Part shown: piece by piece, positions 34,494 through 42,522 of the stretch
Layout of the letters: every line of letters starts with the position of its first letter
Numbering within the stretch: the stretch's first letter is position 1
Virus record (IMG/VR): IMGVR_UViG_3300045988_165665
Location: 1 to 46,813 of that record
Source of the DNA: a virus
Strand: one strand, 5' to 3'
Length of the DNA stretch: 46,813 bases
The notes under the pieces: generated by a model
The model's database searches: none
What the model was told of the DNA's origin: nothing
What the model saw: the letters and a program-made list of their open reading frames with translations, nothing else
Translations under genes and position numbers: made by a program

Positions 34494-35051
34494 TTATTTT
34501 TTCTTTTTGCCACCAATTCTTCCTTCTCCCTTCGCCAGTAACTCTAAAACATAGTTTACCTTCTTATCTATTACTTCTTTTGCAGAAATTGCTATTTCTG
34601 CATCATAAGAATTTATCTCTGTAGCTACTTCATGGCCAAGAGATGTTATTTCCTTTTTCAAATAGCCAAACAACTGTATTAAATCTTCTTTTACTTGGCT
34701 TACTGGTATATATTTACCCTTTTCCTTCTCCAATTTTATTAATTCTTGCTCTGCTTTAGCTTCTTTTAGGTCAGCTTCAGCTTTAATTTTTCGTGCTTCT
34801 GGAGAATCTGTCTGCGTATATTTCCATTTTATAAGTTCTTTTAAATTCCATTTTCCATATCCTTTTTTTGGGGCTCCTTTTTTATACCAGTTATTTAAAG
34901 TTTCAGCACTTATTTCAAAAAAATCACAGATTTCAGCAGTGCTATAAACCCATGTTTCATCAGCCTTTGCGGTTTTTTTGTCTTTTGTGGGTGTACTTTT
35001 CAACTTCATAACTTTCAACCCCATTTTTTTATTTTTTATGCGATTTTTCAC
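34494..35051 (-). CDS. Terminase small subunit, Nu1-like HTH (start uncertain; ATG at about 35024 or 35009 also possible)
   Basis: STAEICDFFEISAETLNNWYKKGAP is a Nu1-type wHTH. The track start is a GTG. Confidence 0.7.
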   Translation of the reverse strand: MKNRIKNKKMGLKVMKLKSTPTKDKKTAKADETWVYSTAEICDFFEISAETLNNWYKKGAPKKGYGKWNLKELIKWKYTQTDSPEARKIKAEADLKEAKAEQELIKLEKEKGKYIPVSQVKEDLIQLFGYLKKEITSLGHEVATEINSYDAEIAISAKEVIDKKVNYVLELLAKGEGRIGGKKKK

Positions 35052-35180
35052 GCGCGAAATGCGACCCCTAGGCTTTTAATATCGTGAGGGAGTACCTTTT
35101 CCAGTGGGGGTGTACATCATGATAACAATTATCATTTTTATTATTTAATTGATAATAATTATATATTGATAATGATTATC
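35052..35180. promoter_or_regulatory. Candidate cos/packaging region: GC-rich island plus three TGATAA(Y/T)RATTAT repeats
   Basis: cgcgcgaaatgcgacccctaggc...ccagtgggggtgtac, then repeats at 35120, 35150 and 35167, immediately 5' of the Nu1-like gene. Confidence 0.45.
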
Positions 35181-35559
35181 TTATACTTTTAAGCTCCGTT
35201 TCCATGATAGAAGCTATCTTTCTAAGACAAATAAATCTATTGTCCCATGTCTTGTACTCTGTTTCTGTGAGTACAACTTTTGCTTTGGCTTCCTTGTAGA
35301 CACTTTTTGTCTGTTGAACATCTGTATCTACATCTACCAAAGCTTTTAGCTTAAGCTGATTAGCTTTGGGATATTGTTCCATATATGATAAAAGCTTTTC
35401 TGATTGTATTTGCTTTAATAAGTCCTCGGCATCCGCCATAACATTTTTGTATCTGGCCAACTTTTCTGATACCAAAGCAAGTGTATTAGTAGCACAAGCA
35501 GTAAGTTCTATTATTTCTTTCGGTGTTGGATTAGTCGGTATAATAAATGGATTATCCAT
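35176..35559 (-). CDS. Hypothetical helical 127-aa protein
   Basis: Coupled to the HNH gene. No family recognised. Confidence 0.55.
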   Translation of the reverse strand: MDNPFIIPTNPTPKEIIELTACATNTLALVSEKLARYKNVMADAEDLLKQIQSEKLLSYMEQYPKANQLKLKALVDVDTDVQQTKSVYKEAKAKVVLTETEYKTWDNRFICLRKIASIMETELKSIR

Positions 35560-35830
35560 ATATATTTTTTAAATACCTCCTGCATTTATCTCTTATTTCT
35601 TTTAATCTATCTGTATTATGTCTTGCATAATGACAACTATCACATAGCACGACACCGCCAGATAATTCATCAGTCTTGTCTTGAGCATTTGGCTCATGAT
35701 GAAATTTATGTTCTGGAGATACATAAGCACCACAAACAATACATGCATAATTATCTCGCTCAAAAATCTTTTGATTGAGTTCTCTTAGCTTCTTGCCTGT
35801 TAGTTTTACTCTATGTTTTTTCTGTAGCAT
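35552..35830 (-). CDS. HNH endonuclease (terminase-associated)
   Basis: CIVCG...HHEP...CDSCHYARHN. Lies next to the terminase genes, as in cos phages. Confidence 0.8.
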   Translation of the reverse strand: MLQKKHRVKLTGKKLRELNQKIFERDNYACIVCGAYVSPEHKFHHEPNAQDKTDELSGGVVLCDSCHYARHNTDRLKEIRDKCRRYLKNIYG

Positions 35831-35845
35831 TTACTCACCACCAAC

Positions 35846-35874
35846 AAAAAGAGATATTGCATTTGCAATACCTC
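35846..35874 (-). terminator. Intrinsic terminator 16 nt upstream of the late-operon RBS
   Basis: Minus strand reads agaggtattgca-aa-tgcaatatct followed by TTTTT. It has a G.U on minus but an A.C mismatch on plus. Confidence 0.65.
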
Positions 35875-35877
35875 TTT

Positions 35878-35929
35878 ATATACATTATATATACATCATA
35901 TATATGTAATATATACATTTAATATACAT
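35878..35929. repeat. Five 11-bp-phased ATATACAT boxes (one degenerate)
   Basis: atatacat at 35878, 35889, 35911 and 35922. Degenerate atatatgt at 35900. Confidence 0.75.
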
Positions 35930-35937
35930 TATATATA

Positions 35938-36150
35938 TTACTTATATACCTGATGTGAATTACTTTTAAATCTTCCGCTTTCTTTATGGCATGTATTTTT
36001 TACATGAACCAAATCTTTTATACTAAATGTTTTATCTTTGTCCCTAGTATAATTTAAACACTTGCCATATTTTAGCTTTATTTTTCTATGTGTACATGTA
36101 TTTTCTACATTGTAATAACATTTATGTTTATAACATTTTATTACTGTCAT
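35938..36150 (-). CDS. Cys/His-rich 70-aa protein (DUF1540-like pattern)
   Basis: KCYKHKCYYNVENTCTHRKIKL and a second Cys/His cluster. Confidence 0.5.
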   Translation of the reverse strand: MTVIKCYKHKCYYNVENTCTHRKIKLKYGKCLNYTRDKDKTFSIKDLVHVKNTCHKESGRFKSNSHQVYK

Positions 36151-36348
36151 GTTTTCACCTTCTTATAAAAGAAAAAGACAGCCTAATTTGACTGCCTTTT
36201 CTTTTCCCCATGTACGGAAGTCATATTAAGTTGTCTGTCTACTTGACTAAAGAAATACCATTAGTTAAACGCTTGCCTTTTTTTACCTATAAATATTGTA
36301 TCATTGTTTTTATTCAATAAAAATAGCATGTTTTTTGCATGATATTTT

Positions 36349-36897
36349 CTAGTTTATTGCATCTCCGCCATATAATTTTATAGTCAGAATGTCCAATAAT
36401 CTAGACTTATTACGATATATTGTTACTGTATCACAGTTCATTTCTTCCGCTATCTTTTCTACTGTTTTTCTTTCAAAAAAGAATTTAGGAATAACATCAT
36501 AATAATCATCATTTTTTATTTCTTTTAATGCTCTATCTATTTCTTTTATAATAGCTTCATCTCTAATTTTATTTTTTAATATCTTCAATGATTCAACATA
36601 TCTTATTTCATCAAGTGTCATTTCTGGATTGTAATAAGAACGTGCTACATGAACCACTGGACTTCTTCCAAATTCTTCTTTATAAATATCATCTAAGTCT
36701 TTTTGATATTCTGCTATGTTATTTTTTAATATTTGATAAGACTTTAATTTTTTTATGGTATCTTTTTTATATCCATCTGCTTTATCCTTTTCTTTTTGCT
36801 GTTTTACTATTAATGCTACTGCTTCTCCTATTGCTATCTGTGCTACTTTAACTATTGATTGTTTTAGTTCCATTAAATGTTTTTGTCCTAAAGCCAT
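36349..36897 (-). CDS. ArpU/RinA-type late transcriptional regulator (sigma region-4-like C-terminus)
   Basis: KTVEKIAEEMNCDTVTIYRNKSRLLDILTIKL. Lies just upstream of the packaging genes. Confidence 0.55.
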   Translation of the reverse strand: MALGQKHLMELKQSIVKVAQIAIGEAVALIVKQQKEKDKADGYKKDTIKKLKSYQILKNNIAEYQKDLDDIYKEEFGRSPVVHVARSYYNPEMTLDEIRYVESLKILKNKIRDEAIIKEIDRALKEIKNDDYYDVIPKFFFERKTVEKIAEEMNCDTVTIYRNKSRLLDILTIKLYGGDAIN

Positions 36898-36946
36898 ATT
36901 TATATACCTATCTTCCTATTTAATATTTATCATTTTGTTAATAATC

Positions 36947-37204
36947 TTACTTATTAATTAACATTAATTTTATTAAACCTGCTAAGATTTCTTCTTTATC
37001 ATTATTTTTATCTTCTTTTTCTATGTCTATCACACACCTATTTAGAAACAACTCTGCTTCCTCCCTATTTTCACATTTATTTATTAAAATTTCTTTTTCT
37101 TTACATATTGCATAAACTTCATTATTCCTTTTTATTACTATGCCTTCAATATTAGACTCTTTTACTAAACCCATATTACCACTTATATATTTGCTCATTT
37201 TCAT
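36947..37204 (-). CDS. Hypothetical 85-aa protein, paralog of 37470..37763
   Basis: Shared N-terminus: KYISGNMGLVKE against EYIKSNIGIVKK. Confidence 0.5.
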   Translation of the reverse strand: MKMSKYISGNMGLVKESNIEGIVIKRNNEVYAICKEKEILINKCENREEAELFLNRCVIDIEKEDKNNDKEEILAGLIKLMLINK

Positions 37205-37320
37205 TTCTCCTGTAATTCACATATAAAAAATTTTTTAGGATATCTTGCTGTTAAATTTGTTTTAATATCCTCTAAGTAAACATTATCTCCCTCTGTTATT
37301 TTCCCATATATTTCACACAT
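37201..37320 (-). CDS. 39-aa micro-ORF
   Basis: Overlaps the upstream stop and is coupled by ATGA to the downstream start. Below the track cutoff. Confidence 0.35.
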   Translation of the reverse strand: MCEIYGKITEGDNVYLEDIKTNLTARYPKKFFICELQEK

Positions 37321-37498
37321 CTATATTTGCCATTTTAGATGCATCTTTACCAGTGAAAACCATAAGTGTTTTATCTTTCTGTTTTCTATCCATGAAGTTT
37401 ACATTTAATTTTACTTTATCTTCTTCTGGCAGTTTGTGAAGCTGTGATATGCTTTTTACACTTATTTTTTTAGAGTTTAAATATATGAATTGAGCCAT
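37313..37498 (-). CDS. Hypothetical 61-aa protein
   Basis: AGGAG RBS 8 nt before the ATG. Confidence 0.5.
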   Translation of the reverse strand: MAQFIYLNSKKISVKSISQLHKLPEEDKVKLNVNFMDRKQKDKTLMVFTGKDASKMANIDV

Positions 37499-37763
37499 TC
37501 TTTTTTACTCCTAATTTATTTCTTACATATCCCCATATACTTCCACGTTTTTTATTATTTTCTAACTCCATATATATTCTTGATATTTCATTTTCAGCTT
37601 CATATATTTTTTTATATCTTCCAATTACTACTGTATCAGATAATAACCTTCCTAATTTTGCCTTAATTAAAAATGTACTCATTGTTCTATCAAATTCTAT
37701 AGTTACATAATCTACTAGGTCTTTTTTTACTATCCCTATATTACTTTTTATATATTCACTCAT
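37470..37763 (-). CDS. Hypothetical 97-aa protein
   Basis: AGGAG RBS. Paralog of 36947..37204. Confidence 0.5.
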   Translation of the reverse strand: MSEYIKSNIGIVKKDLVDYVTIEFDRTMSTFLIKAKLGRLLSDTVVIGRYKKIYEAENEISRIYMELENNKKRGSIWGYVRNKLGVKKNGSIHIFKL

Positions 37764-37857
37764 CTTTACTACTCCTATTTATCTGAAGCATGCACATTAG
37801 CACTACTCCTGCAAAACAACCTATCCAACCGCCAATAATTAAGCCTGCTATAAACAT
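37756..37857 (-). CDS. 33-aa hydrophobic single-TM peptide
   Basis: MFIAGLIIGGWIGCFAGVVLMCML... with AAGGGTG RBS. Its stop overlaps the next start. Confidence 0.4.
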   Translation of the reverse strand: MFIAGLIIGGWIGCFAGVVLMCMLQINRSSKDE

Positions 37858-37869
37858 ATTATTCACCCT

Positions 37870-38217
37870 TTATACTAGCTGCATAAGTCTTTCACACATT
37901 TCATTAACTAAAAACTCTTTATCGTATTCATCAAAACATATTATGACATTGTTAGTACCTATAGGATTTTGTAAATGAATTCCCATAATACAATATCCTT
38001 CTTTTATTCCTATAGGAAAATCTTTATCTTTTAATATATATATAACTGTTGCCTTAGCAGAATTACCAGTAAAATTCTTTTTTATTGGATCATATTCTTT
38101 TAAAATAAGCGTATCACCGATTTTATAATTTCTATCATTTTTCCTTACTTCAAAATTTTTATTTCCACCAATAATTTCTTTGAAGTATTTAGGAATTATC
38201 TTTAATTTATGTTCCAT
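37870..38217 (-). CDS. DUF3850/ASCH-like protein
   Basis: LKIIPKYFKEIIGGNKNFEVRKNDRNYKIGDTLILKEY. Confidence 0.6.
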   Translation of the reverse strand: MEHKLKIIPKYFKEIIGGNKNFEVRKNDRNYKIGDTLILKEYDPIKKNFTGNSAKATVIYILKDKDFPIGIKEGYCIMGIHLQNPIGTNNVIICFDEYDKEFLVNEMCERLMQLV

Positions 38218-38219
38218 TT

Positions 38220-38513
38220 TTATTCACCTTCTATTTGTTCATTAAAATCTGTATAATTTAAAAGATTAATTACTATAACGCTGTTTTCTTTTGGTATCTC
38301 TGGAAAATTTTCATTATTTATGACACATAGAATTTCACATGTAGCTTTACATCCTGTATATTTTCTTTTTATTGCGTCATATTCGTTTAAAATAAGCATG
38401 TCATTTGCTTTAAATTTTATATTTTTTCTTATTTCAAATATTTTATTTCCGTTTATTATTTCGCTAAAATACTTCGGTAATATATTTAACTCATATATAT
38501 TTAAATATTTCAT
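38220..38513 (-). CDS. DUF3850/ASCH-like protein (tandem paralog)
   Basis: LNILPKYFSEIINGNKIFEIRKNIKFKANDMLILNEY. Confidence 0.6.
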   Translation of the reverse strand: MKYLNIYELNILPKYFSEIINGNKIFEIRKNIKFKANDMLILNEYDAIKRKYTGCKATCEILCVINNENFPEIPKENSVIVINLLNYTDFNEQIEGE

Positions 38514-38920
38514 TGTTTTTTTCTTCTTTCTCTATATTCTTTATCAAAAGAATATGTCTTGAATGTATTATTTTCTATATCCTCTTTTGGTATTTCACTA
38601 CCACAAATTGGCCATTCATAATCATTCTGTTTAAATTTTACTAAATCACTTGCTTTTTCAAAGTAATCACTTGCTTTTTCAAAGTAATCACTTGCTTTTT
38701 CAAAGTATTTTACTTTGCTACATTCTGGGCATATGAACTTATAATTTATTCTTAAAATCTCGGCACCTTTTAAAGTTAATTCATCTAAAAACTTTTCTGC
38801 TTCATCAACATTTGTTCCAGTCATATATGCTATATAGTTTGGCATAAAGTTTTCTATTCTACTTTTTATCAACCTATCTACTACTTTTCTTACATTTCGC
38901 CTTTTTTCATCAACCTTCAT
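38510..38920 (-). CDS. wHTH plus zinc-ribbon protein with YFEKASD x3 repeat
   Basis: CPEC...CGS pairs. The in-frame heptapeptide repeat comes from a 21-bp tandem repeat. Confidence 0.55.
   Translation of the reverse strand: MKVDEKRRNVRKVVDRLIKSRIENFMPNYIAYMTGTNVDEAEKFLDELTLKGAEILRINYKFICPECSKVKYFEKASDYFEKASDYFEKASDLVKFKQNDYEWPICGSEIPKEDIENNTFKTYSFDKEYRERRKKQ
38645..38707. repeat. 3 x 21-bp perfect tandem repeat (atcacttgctttttcaaagta)
   Basis: Three identical units, in frame within CDS 38510..38920. Confidence 0.9.
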
Positions 38921-39084
38921 TTTTCATCACCAAAATATTTACTTACTGAATTTGGATCCACGGCTATACATTTTGCATAGCCGTTTTTATTTACCTTTGG
39001 AATTATAAAATGGTTATTACCTTGCTTCATATATACTCCATATACCCATTTATTATCCAATATCGTTCTTCCCTTATATTTCAA
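38917..39084 (-). CDS. 55-aa YopX-like fragment (TTG start)
   Basis: GGAGG RBS 8 nt before the TTG. KGRTILDNKWVYGVY...AVDPNSV matches the YopX-type pattern. The stop overlaps the next ATG. Confidence 0.4.
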   Translation of the reverse strand: MKYKGRTILDNKWVYGVYMKQGNNHFIIPKVNKNGYAKCIAVDPNSVSKYFGDEK

Positions 39085-39261
39085 TTATTTTTCCTCCATG
39101 TTCTTATTTAGTGTTATAGCCACAGATAAACCAGTTTCTTTATCTGTTTTAACTGTTTTATTTTTTAAGAGAAAATCAGCAACATCTGGATTATCTTTTA
39201 CATAATTTAAAACCATATCATTAATCATTTCTAAATAATCTAATTTCTCTTGTAAACTCAT
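39085..39261 (-). CDS. 58-aa hypothetical protein
   Basis: Tightly packed between neighbouring ORFs. Below the track cutoff. Confidence 0.4.
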   Translation of the reverse strand: MSLQEKLDYLEMINDMVLNYVKDNPDVADFLLKNKTVKTDKETGLSVAITLNKNMEEK

Positions 39262-39408
39262 TTATTCAATTACCTCATATTCTTCTACCATAGCAACCCC
39301 ATAATATCCAATCTTATTATTTATTTTTTTAACTTCCTCTTGAGCTTTCTCTCTAGTTGCATATATGCCTTGTATTTCATCAAAAGCTTCTACTACATAT
39401 ACTTTCAT
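39262..39408 (-). CDS. 48-aa hypothetical protein
   Basis: ATGA coupling to the upstream gene. Its stop abuts the next ATG. Confidence 0.4.
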   Translation of the reverse strand: MKVYVVEAFDEIQGIYATREKAQEEVKKINNKIGYYGVAMVEEYEVIE

Positions 39409-39863
39409 TTATCTAATCTCCTCATATTTTCTAGTTGTAACAATATAAAGCAATTATGGCTATTTATATCGCAAAGTTTAAAACTCCATGGAACTATAGC
39501 CACTAAATTAAATACAAACCATTTATATATAAATAACTTAGTATTTTTACAGGAATAAAACTTTCTAAAATCTTTTAAGTATTTAATTCTAAGATGCTCT
39601 AATGCCCTTTTCCAACCTTCTATATCATCATTTACATTTCTTGGCATGAGTAAATCTGTATTTCTATTGGGTTTAATTTTGTTTAAATAATATTCTGTGT
39701 ATATGCTAAACTTAATAATTCTCTCTATTAAGCGTCTTATTTGCCTTCCATGAATATCATTGTTTAATTTAGCCTGCATTTTTCTTTTAATATATTTATT
39801 TTTCTTTAAAATTTTTGCTCTTTTATTATCCATATTCTTAGGTAAATTATTAATATATATCAT
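39405..39863 (-). CDS. Hypothetical basic 152-aa protein
   Basis: Coupled ORF. No family recognised. Confidence 0.5.
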   Translation of the reverse strand: MIYINNLPKNMDNKRAKILKKNKYIKRKMQAKLNNDIHGRQIRRLIERIIKFSIYTEYYLNKIKPNRNTDLLMPRNVNDDIEGWKRALEHLRIKYLKDFRKFYSCKNTKLFIYKWFVFNLVAIVPWSFKLCDINSHNCFILLQLENMRRLDK

Positions 39864-40378
39864 TGCTCGTTTTCCTCCGATTTCATTACATCATGTTCTG
39901 ATAAAAATGCTTTGTTTTCTATATCTATTAAACTTATCTGCTCTCGCACTCCTTTTGCATACAATATTGCTTGTTCTTGGAATTCGTTTAATAATTTTAT
40001 GTCATTTTCTGTATACCCAAATTCATTTGTTGATTGATATATCCAAGAATAAAATTTAGTTTCTATTGGTATAGAATGTGGTGCTTTATATAAACCAAGT
40101 AATTTACATTCCTTTAATTCTTCATCTTTCCATTTAAGCTCAATTCCAGTAATTATTATTCTTTCTATTAGAAATTCTGGCAGTTCTAAGTTCCTTATTC
40201 CTGTAAACTTTAATTCTTTTAATATTTCTTCAAATTTTTCTACAGGTCTTTGATTATCTCTTACACTTTTTTCTACACCATTTTCTACATATTTACATAC
40301 AATAACTATACCTTTACGAGTTGCTTTTTTATTTATTTCTTTTATATAGATACCATCTATTACTATTCCTTCCGCCAT
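39860..40378 (-). CDS. Hypothetical 172-aa protein
   Basis: Coupled ORF. No family recognised. Confidence 0.5.
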   Translation of the reverse strand: MAEGIVIDGIYIKEINKKATRKGIVIVCKYVENGVEKSVRDNQRPVEKFEEILKELKFTGIRNLELPEFLIERIIITGIELKWKDEELKECKLLGLYKAPHSIPIETKFYSWIYQSTNEFGYTENDIKLLNEFQEQAILYAKGVREQISLIDIENKAFLSEHDVMKSEENEQ

Positions 40379-40542
40379 ATCTTCTGCACCTCGCTATTTA
40401 TTTTTTTGGCTTTTTCTATCTCCATACTTCTTACCATTTCTACACATTCTTCTGTATAGTGTGGTTTTACATATGGGCATGGTTCTTTCATTATTGTGCA
40501 GATATAACCTACATCTGCATCATACTGTGTATATGGGCACAT
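40363..40542 (-). CDS. 59-aa Cys-rich protein
   Basis: MCPYTQYDADVGYICTIMKEPCPYVKPHYTEEC... TAATG overlap with the upstream stop. Confidence 0.4.
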   Translation of the reverse strand: MCPYTQYDADVGYICTIMKEPCPYVKPHYTEECVEMVRSMEIEKAKKINSEVQKIWRKE

Positions 40543-40910
40543 TATTTATCATCTCCCCAATCCGCCACATCAAATGGTTCATCTTCATAATATCCCCTAT
40601 CACTATTTTTTCTTATTGCTTTATTGAATAGACTATTGAAATCTAAACAATAATGCTTACCAAAAATTATTAATAATAAATGCATATATCCCTGTGCAGC
40701 TTGGCTTATATCAAATGCTTCTAGAAATGCTTTTTCTATATCTACAGCAGAAATATATTCTTTTCTATTGATTTTGTTTAATAAATTTGAGTTTTCCTCT
40801 CCTAATTCGCCAAATTCCTCGGCGATTTTCTTGAATTGCTCACCCAAATCGTTATCTAATACTTTTACGCAGAATGGCAATTTTTTATGTTTAAATCTCT
40901 TTTTACTCAA
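40542..40910 (-). CDS. MazG-like all-alpha NTP pyrophosphohydrolase (weak call)
   Basis: IAEEFGELGEE ... EKAFLEAFDISQAAQGYMHLL. TTG start. Confidence 0.45.
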   Translation of the reverse strand: MSKKRFKHKKLPFCVKVLDNDLGEQFKKIAEEFGELGEENSNLLNKINRKEYISAVDIEKAFLEAFDISQAAQGYMHLLLIIFGKHYCLDFNSLFNKAIRKNSDRGYYEDEPFDVADWGDDK

Positions 40911-41022
40911 TTAACTTCACCGCCATAATCGTTCCTACTATTGCTGTTAATAGTAGGCTTATTTTACATATTAATTCTGTTCTTCTTCTTTTTCTTAAAT
41001 ACTCAATATCTTTATTTATCAT
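40903..41022 (-). CDS. 39-aa tail-anchored membrane peptide
   Basis: MINKDIEYLRKRRRTELICKISLLLTAIVGTIMAVKLIE. Overlaps both neighbours. Confidence 0.35.
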   Translation of the reverse strand: MINKDIEYLRKRRRTELICKISLLLTAIVGTIMAVKLIE

Positions 41023-41558
41023 CAATTTTCCCTTCTATACTCTTCTTTTCGTTCTACTTTTCCGCCATTTTTTAAGTCCAAAAAATTTACGTTGCCATTA
41101 AATTTAACTCTATAGGCTTGTATATCTTCTGGCCTGAAATACTGGCGTCTGTATTGCTCGTAAACAAGTCGCCACAGTTTCCAAGGTACAAAGAAAAATT
41201 GGTCTTGTATTCCTATTACTACACCTGTTATAGCTCCTAATTTATAGTGCTTTTCCAGACACTGTATTTGATTTTCTGTGAGCACATCTGCACGAATTTT
41301 ATCTGTAGATGTGTACTTTGCTTCAAAAACTATAGATAAACCATTTCTCAATGTTCCTTTGAAATCTGGCTGTGATTTAGAAGTAAATCTACCTTTAAAA
41401 AATCCATTTTCCAAAGGTTTAGACACCTTGAATGGTTCTGGTGTCTTTTCTATAAAGGCTCTTTCTTGTAGGCTATATGCCATACAACCGCCAATTATTT
41501 CACTTTCAAATAGTGAACCATTTTTATTATTGATAAGACCTCTTAGACTTCTATCCAT
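41022..41558 (-). CDS. recU: RecU-type Holliday junction resolvase
   Basis: GSLFESEI...PDFKGTLRNGLSIVFEAKYT...NQIQCLEKH...GVVIGI parallels the RecU motifs. Confidence 0.8.
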   Translation of the reverse strand: MDRSLRGLINNKNGSLFESEIIGGCMAYSLQERAFIEKTPEPFKVSKPLENGFFKGRFTSKSQPDFKGTLRNGLSIVFEAKYTSTDKIRADVLTENQIQCLEKHYKLGAITGVVIGIQDQFFFVPWKLWRLVYEQYRRQYFRPEDIQAYRVKFNGNVNFLDLKNGGKVERKEEYRREN

Positions 41559-41560
41559 GT

Positions 41561-42298
41561 TTATACCTCCAATTCTTTATATGCTTTTTCTATACAATCT
41601 AAAAATGTATAATTGCATGATATTTCTATATGTGATTTTCTTATTTTTACAAATCCCATATTTTGTAATTTATATAAAATATCTTCCACTGTTCTATATT
41701 CCAAGCCAAAAACATTTTTAAATGTTGAATATATTGTGTTAAATTCTAACCATGATGCATTATTATCTAGCGTTGGTTCTGGTAGATTATCTATTATTAT
41801 TGCTAATGCTACCCATATATTAGGCTTGTACTCTCTTTTACAATAGAAATCCCCCTGTTTTCTTATTAATGGCAATAAAGCTCTATTCATGCTTTCTTTT
41901 TCTGCTATTTTAGGAATATACATATTTAGCAATACATTTAAATCCGCCACTATTAAATCAGATTTAAATTCATATAATCCTGATAACTCTTTTAAAATGT
42001 ATTGTTTGTCAAAGTCGCTAAGGCTAAATACTAATCTCCAAATGCTGTCTTGGTTATAAGTTAAAATCTTATAGTGCATAACTTCCATTGTGATGTTTTC
42101 CTCAAGAAATCTATCATGTGCTTTTATAAGACTGCCAAGAGGTGTTAATTTCTTCCCATTACTTAACCCTGTTAATTTAAGCCAGCTTTTTAAAACTTTT
42201 ACTTGATTGGCTGTTATTCCTAATTCTTCTGGCTTTAAGTTGTTATATTTAAGACCTTTTGCTAGGTGTCTTAAGTTAAAAGCTCCATAGTTTTTCAT
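41561..42298 (-). CDS. 245-aa protein, possibly DUF4007-like (low confidence)
   Basis: ATG 42298 overlaps the upstream stop. LGITANQVKVLKSWLKLTGL resembles the LGVGKNMV..IRYWL.ATGL motif as I remember it. Confidence 0.35.
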   Translation of the reverse strand: MKNYGAFNLRHLAKGLKYNNLKPEELGITANQVKVLKSWLKLTGLSNGKKLTPLGSLIKAHDRFLEENITMEVMHYKILTYNQDSIWRLVFSLSDFDKQYILKELSGLYEFKSDLIVADLNVLLNMYIPKIAEKESMNRALLPLIRKQGDFYCKREYKPNIWVALAIIIDNLPEPTLDNNASWLEFNTIYSTFKNVFGLEYRTVEDILYKLQNMGFVKIRKSHIEISCNYTFLDCIEKAYKELEV

Positions 42299-42522
42299 CA
42301 CAATTCCCCATACCAGCACCAAGTATCTTTAGACCATGCTAATAAATCTAAATATTCTTGTGCTTTGTTATACGTAGAAAATATCTTGTTGTTTTTTTCT
42401 ACATATCTATTGCCTTCTAATTCTGAACCAATATCTTTTGTATATACTGTATATTGGTTATTTTTTAATTGATGTACATAGTAAATACGCTTTCCGTCTG
42501 TGTATTTATCGCTTTTAACCAC
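42298..42522 (-). CDS. Hypothetical 74-aa protein (GTG start)
   Basis: AAAGAG RBS. 58-nt overlap with the upstream ORF. Confidence 0.4.
   Translation of the reverse strand: MVKSDKYTDGKRIYYVHQLKNNQYTVYTKDIGSELEGNRYVEKNNKIFSTYNKAQEYLDLLAWSKDTWCWYGEL

Noticed and set aside
36165-36345. Additional terminators upstream of the Cys-rich 70-aa gene and after the ArpU-like gene
   Set aside because: The 36320-36345 element has only a 4-bp CATG palindrome. The 36165-36195 hairpin relies mostly on A-U pairs. Both are too weak to call.
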